Assembly (NCBI RefSeq): GCF_004010195.1
Contig: NC_057718.1
Coordinates: forward strand, 86,982,139-87,046,138
DNA: 64,000 nucleotides
Direction of reading: 5' to 3'
Origin: Chiloscyllium plagiosum
Lineage: Eukaryota
The translations under genes were made by a program, and so were the position numbers. Of this stretch, positions 1-12,350 are shown piece by piece. Under the pieces are notes generated by a model. That model ran no database searches, was not told where the DNA came from, and saw only the letters and a list, made by a program, of their open reading frames with translations. Position 1 is the first letter of the stretch; the number at the start of each line of letters is the position of its first letter.

Positions 1-907
1 AAATCTACCATCCTCACTTTTTCTGGTCTACACGTGATTTCATATCCACAGCAATATGGTTGATTCTCAACTACCCTCTGAAATGCCACTCGGTTGCATA
101 AATCTTGATAGAGTTTCAAAAAAATAAATGAAACCAGAGAGACCATCTAGCATCAACCTCAGTACTGGAAAAGACAATGGCAGAAGCAGCTCTGTTGACC
201 CTGCAAAATCCTCCTTACTAACATCTGGGGGCTACTGCCAAAAATGGGACAGCTGTTTCACAGACTAGTCAAGCAACAGCCTGACATAGTCGTACTCATG
301 GAATCATACTCAACAGACATTGTTGCAGACATCATCATGACCATACTTGGATATGACCTGTCCCATGGCAAGACAGGCACAGAAGAGCTGGTGGCACAGT
401 GGTATACAGTCGAGAGGGAGTTGTTCTTGGAGTCCTCAACATGGACTTCAAATCCCATGAAGTCTAATAGTATCCGGTTAAACAGGGTGAAAAAATTTCC
501 CGTTGATTACTGTGAACCGTTCTCCCTCATCTGATGAATTTGTTCTCCTCCATGTTGAATAACACTTGAAGGGTGCGCTGAGGATGGCAAGATTACAGAA
601 TGTATTCTGGGTGGGGTATTTCAATGTCCACCATTGAGTGGCTTGGCAGAAGCACTACTGATCAAGTAGTCAGGACCTGTAGGACATAGTTGCAAGACTG
701 AGGGAACCAACAAGAAGGAAAAATGTGAATCAAAAATAGAAATTGCTGGAGAAACTCAGCACAAGTGGCAGCAACTGTGGAGAGCGAGCAGAGTTAATAT
801 TTTAAGTCCAGTGACTCTGCTTCAAAACTGAGGAAATAACATTCTTGACCTGATCCTTAACAATCTGCCTGCTGCAGGTGCATCTGTCCATTGCATTATT
901 GGTAAGA
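1..907 (+). mobile_element. LINE family B (CR1/Jockey-group-like), 5' region and APE endonuclease, first piece of a split copy
   Basis: QQPDIVVLMES and ILDLILNN endonuclease remnants. Colinear with the minus-strand copy at 53140-56115. Short PLE remnant inserted at about 725-830. Confidence 0.75.
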
Positions 908-1408
908 ATGTATGTCTGTGCATGGAACCACACAAGCTGGATGAGATCCGAAATGAGTATTTTGCATCAGTATTCAACATGGAGAAAGAAATGGGAGCTA
1001 GAGAACTTGGAAGTAAATACTGATGTCTTGAAAAAAATTCCACATTACAAAAGAGGAGGTGCTGGTGATCTTAAAATGCATTAAGGTAGATAAATACCTC
1101 GGACCCGATCAAAAATGTATCCCAGGATATTGTGGGAAGTTAGGGAAGAAATTGCAGGGCACCTAGTGGAAATATTTGTATTAGCATGACCACTGATCAG
1201 GTGCCAGAAGACTGGAGGGTGGCTTCTGTTGTACCCTAATTTAATAAAGGCCAGGGAACTGCAGACCGGCAGTAGTGGATAAGTCATTGGAGGGGATTCT
1301 GAGAGACATAATCTATATGCATTTGGGTTAGTTAGAATGGACTTTAGCAAGGCCTTTGATAAGCTTCCGCATGGTATACTGGTTAGTAAGAATGGATCAC
1401 ATGGGATC

Positions 1409-1600
1409 ATTTCTGTTTTCAGCAGCAGGAGGAGCGGGAGCTTGGACCAGGGGCCGCAGGGAAAGGTGAGTCACTAATCTAAATCTTTAAAACCTTATCT
1501 TGAGCATCGGAATCTTCTATTTCTGTTTTCAGGAAGAACGGGAGCTTGGACCAGGGGCCTATCGGGAAAGGTGAGTCACTAATTTAATTCTTTACATCTG
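1409..1600 (+). repeat. About 110-bp tandem 5'UTR monomers (about 1.8 copies)
   Basis: atttctgttttcag...gggagcttggaccaggggcc...gggaaaggtgagtcactaat at 1409 and 1519. Confidence 0.85.
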
Positions 1601-4600
1601 ACATCAGATAGCAGAGGTTTCTGGGAAAGGAGGTACTTTTTTCCACTCAGCTATATAAGTGGGTGTTTTCTAAACCAAGACCTTACCCTTGTAGGGCCTC
1701 CCACCCATCCATCTTCTCTAACCATAAACACCAGCGACACATCAGGTAAGCTTCTCTTCTGTTTTTACTTTCTATGATAAGGGGACTAGCAGGGACCGCA
1801 GTGCAAGGAGAGAAATGTTCCTCCTGCATGATGTTTGAGGTGAGGGACACCATTAGTGTCCCATCTAAGAACATCTGCAGGAATTGCACCCAACTCTTCC
1901 TCCTCCAAGACCGCGTTAGGGAACTGGAGCAGGAGCTGGATGAACTTTGAATCATTCGAGAAGCAGAGTCTGTGATAGATAACAGTTACAGGGAAGTTGT
2001 TATTCCTATGGACAAAGAAAGCTGGGTAACTGTGAGAAGGGGGAGAAAACAGTCAGTGCAGGGATCCCCTGTGGTCGTTCCTGTTTCAGATACTATTTGG
2101 AGATGGAGGACTTACAAGGGGGTATGCATTGGGGTGCAGGTCTCTGGCACAGAGTCTGTCCCTGTTGCACAGAAGGGAAGGGGGGAAAGGAGGAGAGTGT
2201 TAGTTATTGGGGACTCAATAGTTAGAGGGTCAGATAGAAGGTTTGTTGGGAACGAAAGAGACTCACAATTGGTGCATTGCCTCCCATGTGCCAGGGTCCA
2301 TGATGTCTCGGATCGTGTCTTTGGGGTCCCAAAGGGAGAGAGTGACCAGCCCCAAGTCGTGGTCCACATAGGTGCCAACAACATAGGTAGAAAGAGAGAT
2401 AGGGATGTAAGGCAGGATTTCAGGGAGCTGGGTTGGAAGCTAAGAGCTAGAACAAACAGAGTTGTTGTCTCTGGTTTGTTATCCGTGTGATAGCAAGGAG
2501 AGGAACAGGGAGCGATATCAGCTGAAACACATGGCTGCAAGGATGATGAGGGAGGATTTCAGGTATGTGGATAACTGGGACTTATTCTGAGGAAGATGAG
2601 ACCTCTACAAACAGGACGGACTTCACTTGAACCAGAGAGGTACTAATATTCTGGGTGGGAAATTTGCTAGTGCTATTCGGGTTGAGCTCAGGGGGTTGAG
2701 AACCTGAGGTGTAGTTCCAGTGGACAGGAAGATGTGAATAGGGAGGACATGGACAGGATTTCACGGTCACAGGAGTGTGCTGGCAGACAGCAAGCTGGTT
2801 TGAAGTGTGTCTACTTCAACACCAGAAGTATCCGTAATAAGGTAAGTGTGCTTGCAACATGGATAGGTACCTGGGACTTCAATGTTGTGGCCATTTCAGA
2901 AACATGGATAGAGCAGGATCAGGAATGGATATTGCAGGTTCCAAGGTTTGGTTCTTTCATTAAGATCACGGAAGGTGGTATAAGAGGGAGAGGTGTGGCT
3001 TTGTTAGTCAAGGACAATATAGCAGTGGCTGAAAGAACTTTTGACGAGGACTCGTCTACAGAGGTGATATGGGCTGAGGTTAGAATTAGTAGAGGAGAGG
3101 TCACACTGCTGGGAGTTTTTATAGGCCTCTGCAAAGTTCCAGGGATGTGGAGGAGAGGATTGGCAAAACGATTCTGCTTAGGAGTGAAAGGAACAGGGTG
3201 GTCATTATGGGGAACTTTAACTTCCCCAACATTGACAGGAAATGCTATAACTCCAGTATGTCGGATGGATCAGTTTTTCTCCAATGTGTGCAGGAGGGTT
3301 CCTGATGCATTATGTCGAAGGGCCGACAAGAGGTGAGGCCATACTGAATTTAGTACTTGGTAATGAACCAGGTCAGGTGTTTGATTTAGTGGTAGGCGAG
3401 CACTTTGGAGAGAGTGACCATAATTCAGTTACGTTTAGTTTAGTGATGGAAAGGGATGGGTTCATACCACAGGGTAAGAGTTATAGATGAGGGAAGGGCA
3501 ATTATAATGCGAAAGGCAACACTTAGGAGGCATAGAATGGGGTAGCAAAATGCAGGGGATGGGGCAATTGAAATGTGGAGCTGGTTTAAGGAACAGATAT
3601 TGCATGTCCTTGATAGGTATATCCCTGTCAGGCAGGGAGGAAGTGATAAGGTAAGGAACCGTGGTTTACTAAAGAAATTGTATCTCTTGTTAAGCGGAAG
3701 GGGGAGGCTTATGTGATGTTGAGATGAGATGGTTCAGATGAGGCGATGAAGAGTTGACAGATTAGCTAGGAGGGACTTAAAGAGAGAGTTAAAAAGAGAA
3801 AAGAGAGGACTTGAGCAGTCTTTAGCAGGTAGATCAAAGGAGAACTCTAAAGCTTTCCATAGGTATGTGAGGAATAAAAGGATGACTAGGGTAGCAATTG
3901 GGCCAGTCAAAGACAGAACTTGTGTGTATACCGTGTAGAGATTGGAGAGGTGCTAAACGAATATTTCTCATCTGTTTTCACTCGGGAAAAGGAGAATGTT
4001 GTAGAGGAGAAGACTGAGATACAGACTATTATACTAGAAAGGATTGAGGCTAGTAAGGAGGAGGTTTTATCAATTCTAGAAGGTGTGAAAGCAGATAAGT
4101 CCCTGGGCCAGATGGGATTTATCCAAGGATTCTCTGGGAAGCTAGAGAGGAGATGGCAGAGCCTTTGGCCTTGATTTTTAAGTCGTCATTGTCTGCAGGT
4201 TTAGTACCAGAGGACTGCAAATGTCATACCCTTGTTCAAGAAGGGAGTAGAAATAACCCAGGTAATTATAGACCAGTGAACTTTATGTCTGTTTTAGGAA
4301 AAGTTTTGGAAAGGATTATAAGAGATAGGATTTATAATCATCTGGCAAGCAATAATTTGATTGGATATAGTCAATATGGTTTTGTCAAGGGCAAGTCATG
4401 TCTCACAAACCTCATTGAGTTTTTTGAGAAGGTGACCAAGCATGTGGATGAGGGTAGGGCAGTTGACGTGGTGCACATCGACTTCAGTAAAGCCTTTGAT
4501 AAGGTTCCACATGGTAGGCTTTTGAAGAAAATGCAGAGGCATGGGATTGAGGGTGATTTAGCAGTTTGGATTAGAAACTGGCTTTCTGTAAGAAGGCAGC

Positions 4601-5601
4601 AAGTGGTGGTTGATGGAAAATATTCAGCCTGGAGTCCGGTTACTTGTGGTGTGCCACAAGGATCGGTCTTGGGACCACTGCTGTTTGTCATTTTTATGAA
4701 TGACTTGGACGCAGGCATAGGTGGATGGGTTAGTAAGTTTGCAGATGACACTAAAGTCGGTGGAGTGGTGGACAGTGTGGAAGAATGTTGCAGGTTGCAG
4801 GGGGCTTGGATAAACTGCAGAATTGGGCTGAGAGGTGGCAGATGGAGTTCAATGCAGATAAATGTGAGGTGATTCTTGGGAAGAATAACAGGAAGGCAGA
4901 ATACTTGGTCAATGGAAAGATTCTTGGTAGTGTGGATGTGCAGAGGAATCTTGGTGTCCATGTACATAGATCCCTGAAAGTTGCCACCCAGGTTGATAGT
5001 GCTGTTAAAAAGGCATACATTGTGTTAGGTTTTATTGGGCGAGGGATTGAGTTCCAGAGCCGTGATGTCACGCTGCACCCGTACAAAACACTAGTGCGGC
5101 CTCACTTGGAATATTGTGTAAAGTTCTGGTCATCCCACTACAGGAACGATGCATTGGAAAAGGTGCAGCAGAGATTTACCAGGATGTTACCTGGTCTGGA
5201 GAGAAGGTCTTATGAGGAAAGGCTGAGGGACTTTGGTCTGTTCTCATTGGAGAGAAGAAGGCTAAGGGGGGATTTAATAGAGACATGCAAGATTAGATAG
5301 GGTGGAGAGTGAGAATCTTTTTCGTTGGCTTGTACGAGGTGGCCTAGCTGCAAATGGAGGGGTGATAGATTTAAAACAGATGTCAGAGACAGGTTCTTTA
5401 GTCAAGAGTGGTAAGGGTGTGGAATACTGTACCTGCCAATGTAGTTAACGCAGCCACATTAGGGGCATTTAAACAGTTCTTGGATAAGCATATGGATGAT
5501 GATGGGATAGTGTCGGGGAATGGGCTTAGATTAGTTCACAGGTTGGCGCAACATCGGGGGTGGAAGGGCCTGTTCTGTACTGTATTGTTCTATGTTCTAT
5601 G
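1409..5601 (+). mobile_element. Near full-length CR1 LINE, inactivated (ORF1 Zn-finger/SGNH esterase; ORF2 APE endonuclease and RT)
   Basis: VLVIGDSIVRG and VVVHIGANNI in ORF1. [29 protein letters not shown] and FADD in ORF2. Tail tgtattgttctatgttctatg. Several frameshifts and stops. Confidence 0.92.
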
Positions 5602-5732
5602 GTCCAGGGAGAGGTAGACAATTGGATGCAAATTGGCTTGATGGTAGGAGGCAGAGGGTGGTGGTAAAGGGTTAATGTTCAGACAGGAAGCCTGTGATCA
5701 GCAGTGTGCCGCAAGGATTGGTGCTAGGTTTC

Positions 5733-6032
5733 TTTGCAGCAGAAAACGGCGGGTGCTGGGCGGAAGTGAAGTCGGAGTGCAAAGCCAGTTGAGAAGGTAA
5801 GTGATGGTTATTTAAGAACTTACCTCGACGCCAACGGTCTTTTTGCAGCAGAAAACGGCGGGTGCTGGGCGCAAGTGAAGTCATAGCATAAAGCCGGTCG
5901 GGAAGGTAAGTGATTGTTATTTAAGAACTTACCTCGATGCCGACGGTCTTTTTGCAGCAGAAATCAATGGGTGCTGGGCGGAAGTGAAGTCGGAGCGCAA
6001 AGCCGATCGGGAAGGTGAGTGATTGTTATTTG
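5733..6032 (+). repeat. 109-bp tandem 5'UTR monomers (about 2.7 copies)
   Basis: gcagcagaaa starts at 5736, 5845 and 5954. Units are CpG-rich and carry cggaagtg (variant in unit 2) and aaggtRagt. Confidence 0.92.
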
Positions 6033-6972
6033 AGTGGGTGTGTTCTAGACCCCAGGTCCGACAAAGTAGGGCCTCCCTCCCACCCTCCTCCTCTAACCTA
6101 AATTAAAAGTCCACAGACTTGCCCCAAAAAGAGGGTCCAAGGAAGTTCCTGTGGAGTGAAGAGTGAGACTTTAGCTCAGGAGTCTTTGACAAGGAGGTTG
6201 AGTGAAGTGATTATACCACAGTTGAAGAGGGTGAAGACATGACTGCCAAGCTGGTTCAGTGTGCTACGTGCTTGATGTGGGGGGTCAATGACTCTGGTGT
6301 GTCTGGTTCATATAAGTGTAGAATGTGTGTGCACGTTCAGCTACTGACAGAGCATATTGCAGCACTGATGAAAGAACTCGAGGACCTTAGGCTCATCCGA
6401 GAGAAGGAGATCTTTCTGGACAAGACCTTCAGCGAGGTTATTACACTGAACATACCAGAAGAGAGCAGAAGAGAGCAGACGATGAGGAAGGCAGAGAGGA
6501 GACAGGTGCAAGAGACTTCACTTGCGCCCAGTCAGGAACAAGTTGAATCTTTTGGAAACAGTAGAGACAGATGACACTGCCAGTCCGCGAGGCGGCCAGG
6601 TCTGTCAATCAAAAGTTGTCATGGAGGCAGAGCGAAAGAGTCGGACATCGCACAGATCCGTGGTAATAGGGGACTCCATAGTGAGAGGAACTGACCGGGG
6701 TTTTTGTGGCAGCAGGCAGGACTTAAGGAAGGTGTGTTACCTTCCTGGTGCCAGGGTTAAAGACATCACAGACAGAGTGCAGGAAATCCTCAAGGACGAA
6801 GGTGAAGAGCCAGAGGTGGTGGTATATGTCAGCACAAATGATGTCGGGAAAAAGAGGAGGAACATACTACAGCGGGACTTCAGAGAACTAGGAAGAAGGC
6901 TGAAAAGCAGGACGTTCAGGGTGGTTATCTCCGGTTTGCTTCCAGTTCCTCGGGCTGGTGAGGCCAGAAACA

Positions 6973-7339
6973 NNNNNNNNNNNNNNNNNNNNNNNNNNNN
7001 NNNNNNNNNNNNNNNNNNNNNNNNNNNNNNNNNNNNNNNNNNNNNNNNNNNNNNNNNNNNNNNNNNNNNNNNNNNNNNNNNNNNNNNNNNNNNNNNNNNN
7101 NNNNNNNNNNNNNNNNNNNNNNNNNNNNNNNNNNNNNNNNNNNNNNNNNNNNNNNNNNNNNNNNNNNNNNNNNNNNNNNNNNNNNNNNNNNNNNNNNNNN
7201 NNNNNNNNNNNNNNNNNNNNNNNNNNNNNNNNNNNNNNNNNNNNNNNNNNNNNNNNNNNNNNNNNNNNNNNNNNNNNNNNNNNNNNNNNNNNNNNNNNNN
7301 NNNNNNNNNNNNNNNNNNNNNNNNNNNNNNNNNNNNNNN
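6973..7339. other. Assembly gap (others at 12898-13228, 14757-15114 and 44966-45196)
   Basis: Runs of N, all inside young repeats. Confidence 1.
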
Positions 7340-10316
7340 TCCCTGGATGCTGCCTGACCTGCTGTGCTGTTCCAGCAATAAAGTTTCAACTTTGATCTCC
7401 AGCATCTGCAGACCTCACTTTCTCCTCAAGTGGACAGGGCCTGGGAAATGAATATTCAAGGCTACACATGTTATCGTAAGGACAGACTGTCGGGCAGAGG
7501 GGGTGGGGTGGCCATGTTGGTAAGGGATGATATTCAGTCCCTTGCGTGGGGGGACCTAGAATCAGGGGATGTAGAGTCAGTACGGATAGAGCTGAGAAAT
7601 TTTAAGGGTAAAAAGACCCTCTTGGGAGTTATCTACAGGCCCCCAAACAGTAGTCTGGATGTCGGATGAAAGTTGAATCAGAAGCTGAAATTGGCCTGTC
7701 GCAAAGATGTTACTACAGTTGTTATCAGGGATTTCAACATGCAGGTAGACTGGGAGAATCAGGATGGTATTGGACCTCAAGAAAGACATTGTGGAGTACC
7801 TCCGAGATGGATTCTTAGAACAGCTGGTGCTGGAGCCGACCAGGGAGAAGGCAATTCTGGATCTGGTATTGTGCAACAAACCAGAATTGATCAGGGACCT
7901 CGAAGTGAAGGAGCCATTGGGAAGTAGTGACCATAATACAATAAGCTTCGATCTGCAATTTGAGAGGGAGAGGGTACAATCGGAAGTGACAATATTTCAG
8001 TTGAATAAAGGGAACTATGGAGCTATGAGGGAGGAGCTGGCCAAAGTTCAATGGTGCAATACCTTAGCAGGGATGACAGTGGAGGAACAATGGCAGATAT
8101 TTCTGTGTATTATGGAGAAGATACAGGATCGGTTCATTCCAAAAAGGAAGAAAGATCCTAGGAGGAGGCATGGGTGGCCATGGCTGACGTGGGAAGTTAA
8201 GAAATATATAAAGTTAAAAGAGAAAAAGTATAACATAGCAAAGATAAGTGGGAAAACGGAGGACTGGGAAGCTTTTAAAGAACAACAGAGGATTACTAAG
8301 AAAGAAATACGCAGAGAAAACATGAGGTATGGAGGTAAACTGGCCAAAACTATAAAGGAGGGTAGTAAAAGCTTTTTTAGGTATGTGAAAGGCAAAAAAA
8401 TGGTTTAGACTAAAATTGGGCCCTTGAAGACAGAAACAGGGGAATATATTACAGGGAACAAAGAAATGGCAGAAGAATTGAATTGGGACTTCAGATCTGT
8501 GTTCACTGGGGAAGACACAAGCAATCTCCCTGAGGTAACAGTGGCTGAAGGACCTGAACTGAAGGGAATTTATATTTGCCAGGAATTGGTGTTGGAGAGA
8601 CTGTTAGGTCTGACGGTTGATAAGTCCCCGGTGCCTGATGGTCTACATCCCAGGGTACTGAAGGAGGTGGCTCGAGGAATCGTGGATGAGTTGGTGATTA
8701 TTTTCCAGAGTTCGATAGATTCGGGATCAGTTCCTGAGGATTGGAGGGTGACTAATGTTGTACCACTTTTTAAGAAAGGTGGGAAATTATAGACCAGTTC
8801 GTCTGACCTCAGTGGTGGGAAAGATGCTGGAGTCTATTAAAAAGGATGAAATTACGACACATCTGGATAGTAGTAACAGAGTAAGCATGCATTTATGAAG
8901 GGGAAATCATGCTTGACTAATCTTCTGGAATTTTTTGAGGATGTAACTCTGAAGATGGACTATGGAGATCCAGTAGATATAGTGTACCTGGACTTTCAGA
9001 AAGCTTTTGACAAAGTCCCACATAGGAGGTTAGTGAGCAAAATTAGGGCACATGGTATTGGGGGCAAAGTACTAACTTGGATTGAAAGTTGGTTGGCTGA
9101 CACGAAACCAAAAGGACTGTAGTCAAAACCACAAGCTTTCATCATTGATTTCATGTTCCCCTCACAACTGTCAGACTGAATCTGGTGCTGTGTTTGACCA
9201 GGGGCTGCACTTATGATCTCATATCTCTTGCTTTCTCAAGAAGACTGCCTCTTAACATTGTTCATCTCTACAGCAACCTCATCCATGCCTTTGTCCCCTG
9301 GAGAATCAACTCATCCAATGATTGTTCTGGCCATCCCATCCACCCTGAAAGCTGTCTGCAATTTGCCATTTGTTTTCAAACCTCTGTTGTCTAAATCCTA
9401 TCTCAAACAAAATCCGTCTTGCAGATCACTTCAATTGTTGCTGAATTGCATTAATCAGCAAACCTAACACTTAAACAGAAAATTCTTATTCAGGTTAAAT
9501 CTTCTTTTGCTATTCCCTATCTCTTGAACATTCTCAACCCTATGACTCCTTCCCCCAAGCTTGCTATTCCTTTTCCTCCAGCTTCTTCAGCATCTCTCCC
9601 TCCCTTTGCTTCATTGGGTTTGATTATTAAATCCTTATTAAAGGATTGGACACTCTGGAGGCAGGAAACATGTTTCCGCTGATGGGTGAGTGCCAAACCA
9701 GAGGACAAAGCTTAAAAATACGGGGTAGGCCATTTAGGACAGAGATGAGGAGAAAGTTCTTCACCCAGAGAGTGGTGGCTGTGTGGAATGCTCTGCCCCA
9801 GAGGGCAGTGGAGGCCCAGTTTCTGGATTCATTTAAGAAAGAGTTGGGTAGAGCTCTCAAGGATAGTGGAATCAAGGAATATGGAGATAAGGCAGGAACA
9901 GGATACTGATTAAGGATGATCAGCCATGATCATATTGAATGGTGGTGCAGGCTCGAAGGGCAGAATGGCCTACTCCTGCACCTATTGTCTATTGTCACTG
10001 TTGTTTGTCATTTATATAAATAATTTGGATAAGATTATAGGAGGCATGGTTAGTAAGTTTGTGGATGACACCAAGACTGGTGCTATAGTGGACAGTGAAA
10101 TAGGCTATCAAAGAGTACAATGGGATCTTGATCAACTCATCTAGAGGAATGGCAGACAGAGTTTAAGTTAGCTAAATGCAAGGTGTAGCATTTTGATAAG
10201 ACAAGCCAGAGTAGGATTTACTCAGTTAATGGTAGGGTCCCGGGGATTGTTGTCAAACAGAGAAACCTAGCGATGCAGGTATATAGGTCCTTGAAAATGG
10301 TGTCACAGTTAGACAG

Positions 10317-10492
10317 AATTAAAAATCATACAATACCAGGTTATTGTCCAACAGGTTTATTTTGGAAGCACTAGCTTCCTAACCACCTGATGAAGGAGCA
10401 GCACTCCGAAAGCTAGTGCTTCCAAATAAACCTGTTGGATTATAACCTGGTGTTGTGTAATTTTTAACTTTGTCCCAACACTGGCAACTCCA
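10317..10492 (+). mobile_element. Penelope-like foldback remnant with hammerhead motif
   Basis: 16-bp TSD tgtcacagttagacag (10301-10316 and 10493-10508). About 10319-10378 is an inverted copy of about 10410-10468. Confidence 0.85.
10384..10418 (+). ncRNA. Minimal type I hammerhead ribozyme motif
   Basis: CAC-CUGAUGA-A-GGAG(cagca)CUCC-GAAA-GC-UA-GUG: core, stem II, palindromic AGCU stem III and CAC/GUG stem I. Confidence 0.75.
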
Positions 10493-11145
10493 TGTCACAG
10501 TTAGACAGGGTGGAGAAAAAGGTGTTTGGCAACTTGCCTTTATCAGTGAGAGCATTGAGTACAGGAGTTGGGAGGTCATATACGGCTGTACAAGATCACA
10601 TATGGAGTACAGCATGCAATTCTGGTCCCCATGCTATCAGAAGGATGTTATTAAACTGGAAAAGGTACAAAAATAATTTACAAGGATGTTACACAGACTG
10701 GTAGGTTTGTGTTATAAGGAGAAGCTGGATAGGCTGGGACTTTTCTCTCTGGAGTGTAGGAGGCTACAGGATGACCTTTTAGAGGTTTATAAAATTACAA
10801 GGAGCATAGATAAGGTGAATAGCCAAGATCTTTCCCAGGGTAGGGGAGGCCAAAACAAGAGGATATGGGTTTAAGGTGAGAAGGGAAAAATTTAAAAGGG
10901 AGCTGAGGGGCAGCTTTTTCATGCAGAGCATGGTTCATATATGGAAGGAGCTGCAAGAGTAAGTGGCATAAGCAGATTCAGTTATTACATTTAAAAGACA
11001 TTTGGACAGGTACATGGATAGGAAAGATTTAGAGGTGAATGGGCCAAAGTCAGGCAAAGGGGACCAGTTCAGTTTAGGAAACCTGGTCAACATGTACGAG
11101 TTGGGCTGAAGGGTCTGTTTCTATGCTGTATGACTCTATGACTCT

Positions 11146-12284
11146 CAGAGTGGCAACCACACATTCCTTGTGGAGACAAAATCCCACCTTGACACTGAAA
11201 ATACCCTCCATCATATTGTATGGCATCATCATCATCATCATACTAAATGGACAGACCAAACAGATCTCGCAACTCAAGAGGCACTGTGGTCCAACAACAG
11301 CAGCAGAATTGTATTCCAGCACAATCTGCAGCCTCATGGCATGACACATGTCACCCAGCCATTACCATCAAGCCAGGGGATCAACCTTAGTTCAATGGAG
11401 AGTGGAGAAGGGAGTGTCAGAACCGGCATACTTAAAAATGGAGTGTCATCCTGGTGAAGCTCCCAAGCAGAACTTCTTGTTTGTCAAACAGCGTAAGCAG
11501 AAAATAATAGATTGAATTCAGTCATCTTGCAATCAACAGATCAGATATAAGCTCTTCAGTCCTGCCACATCCAGTTTGTGAATAATGGTGGACAGCTAAA
11601 CAACTCACTAGAGAATAAGACTCCACAAATATCCCTGACCTCAACGATGGAGGAGCCCAGCAAATCAGTGCATAAAGCTGAAGCATTTGCAACAATCTTT
11701 AGAAAGAAGTACCGAGTGGATGTTCCATCTCGGCCTCCTCCAGTGCTCCTCAGCATGACAGATGCCAGACTTCAGCCAATTTAATTTATAGGCATTTGCT
11801 ACTGCAAAGGCAATAGGCACTGGCAACATTCTGGCATCAGGACTGAAAGCTATGTGACAGAACTTGTCACTGTAGCTAAGCTGTTCCAGTTTAGCTACAA
11901 CACTGGCAACTACTCGACAATGTGGAATATTGCCCAGATATGTCCTGTATATGAGAAAGAAGGACAAACCCAAGCCAGCCATTCTAGCACATCAGTCTAC
12001 TCTGGATCATCAGGATAGTGATGGAAGATGTCATCACTAGTGCATTCAAGCAGCACCTGCTTAGCAACAGCTTGCTCACTAATGCCAAGATGGATTTCAT
12101 CTGGGCCAGTCAGTTCCTGACCTCATCACAGTATTGGTTCAAACATCGAAAAAAGAGCTGAATTCCAGAGGAAACTTGAGAGTGACAGCCCTTGGCAACA
12201 AGCTTGCATTTCAGTCTGGCATCAAACCCGAGCAAATCTAGGGTCAATGGGAATCAGGGTAAACCTCTCTTGGTTAGAGTCATG
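11146..12284 (+). mobile_element. LINE family B, second piece (EN end to RT start)
   Basis: Resumes at the point broken at 907, judged by comparison with the copy at about 55300-55460 on the minus strand. WNIAQICPVYEKEGQ-like RT remnant. Confidence 0.75.
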
Positions 12285-12350
12285 AGTCAAAAAGTGACGT
12301 GCTGGAAAAGCACAGCCAGTCAGGCAGTATTCCAGGAGCAGGAGAGTCAA

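Larger units (their letters stand above)
5730..9995 (+). mobile_element. Near full-length CR1 LINE of a second subfamily, inactivated, with an internal RT segment missing
   Basis: ORF1 from 6239 (CATC...CRMC, VVIGDSIVRG, VSTNDV). ORF2 EN motifs IYRPPNS and SDHN, RT to about 9114, 3' end 9627-9995 with (ctattgt)n tail. Contains an N-gap. Confidence 0.9.
908..11145 (+). mobile_element. 5'-truncated CR1 LINE (host copy) split into 908-1408, 5602-5729 and about 9995-11145
   Basis: RT motifs continue across the interruptions (DFSKAFDK, SVPQGLVLG, KFVDDTK). Ends in a (TATGACTC)n tail. Confidence 0.8.

Noticed and set aside
1972..2490. GDSL/SGNH esterase as a host lipase gene (also 6522, 15250 and 44166 ORFs)
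   Set aside because: It is the known esterase domain of CR1 ORF1 and is disrupted in every copy.
5733..6032. CRISPR-like regularly spaced repeats (also 24452-24828)
   Set aside because: Whole units repeat with no unique spacers, there are no cas genes and the context is vertebrate.
6522..7451. Long ORFs spanning X runs (also 12440-13345 and 14693-15181)
   Set aside because: Their length is an artefact of N-gaps.
11170..11457. Poly-His ORF
   Set aside because: A short (CAT)n expansion inside a decayed LINE.
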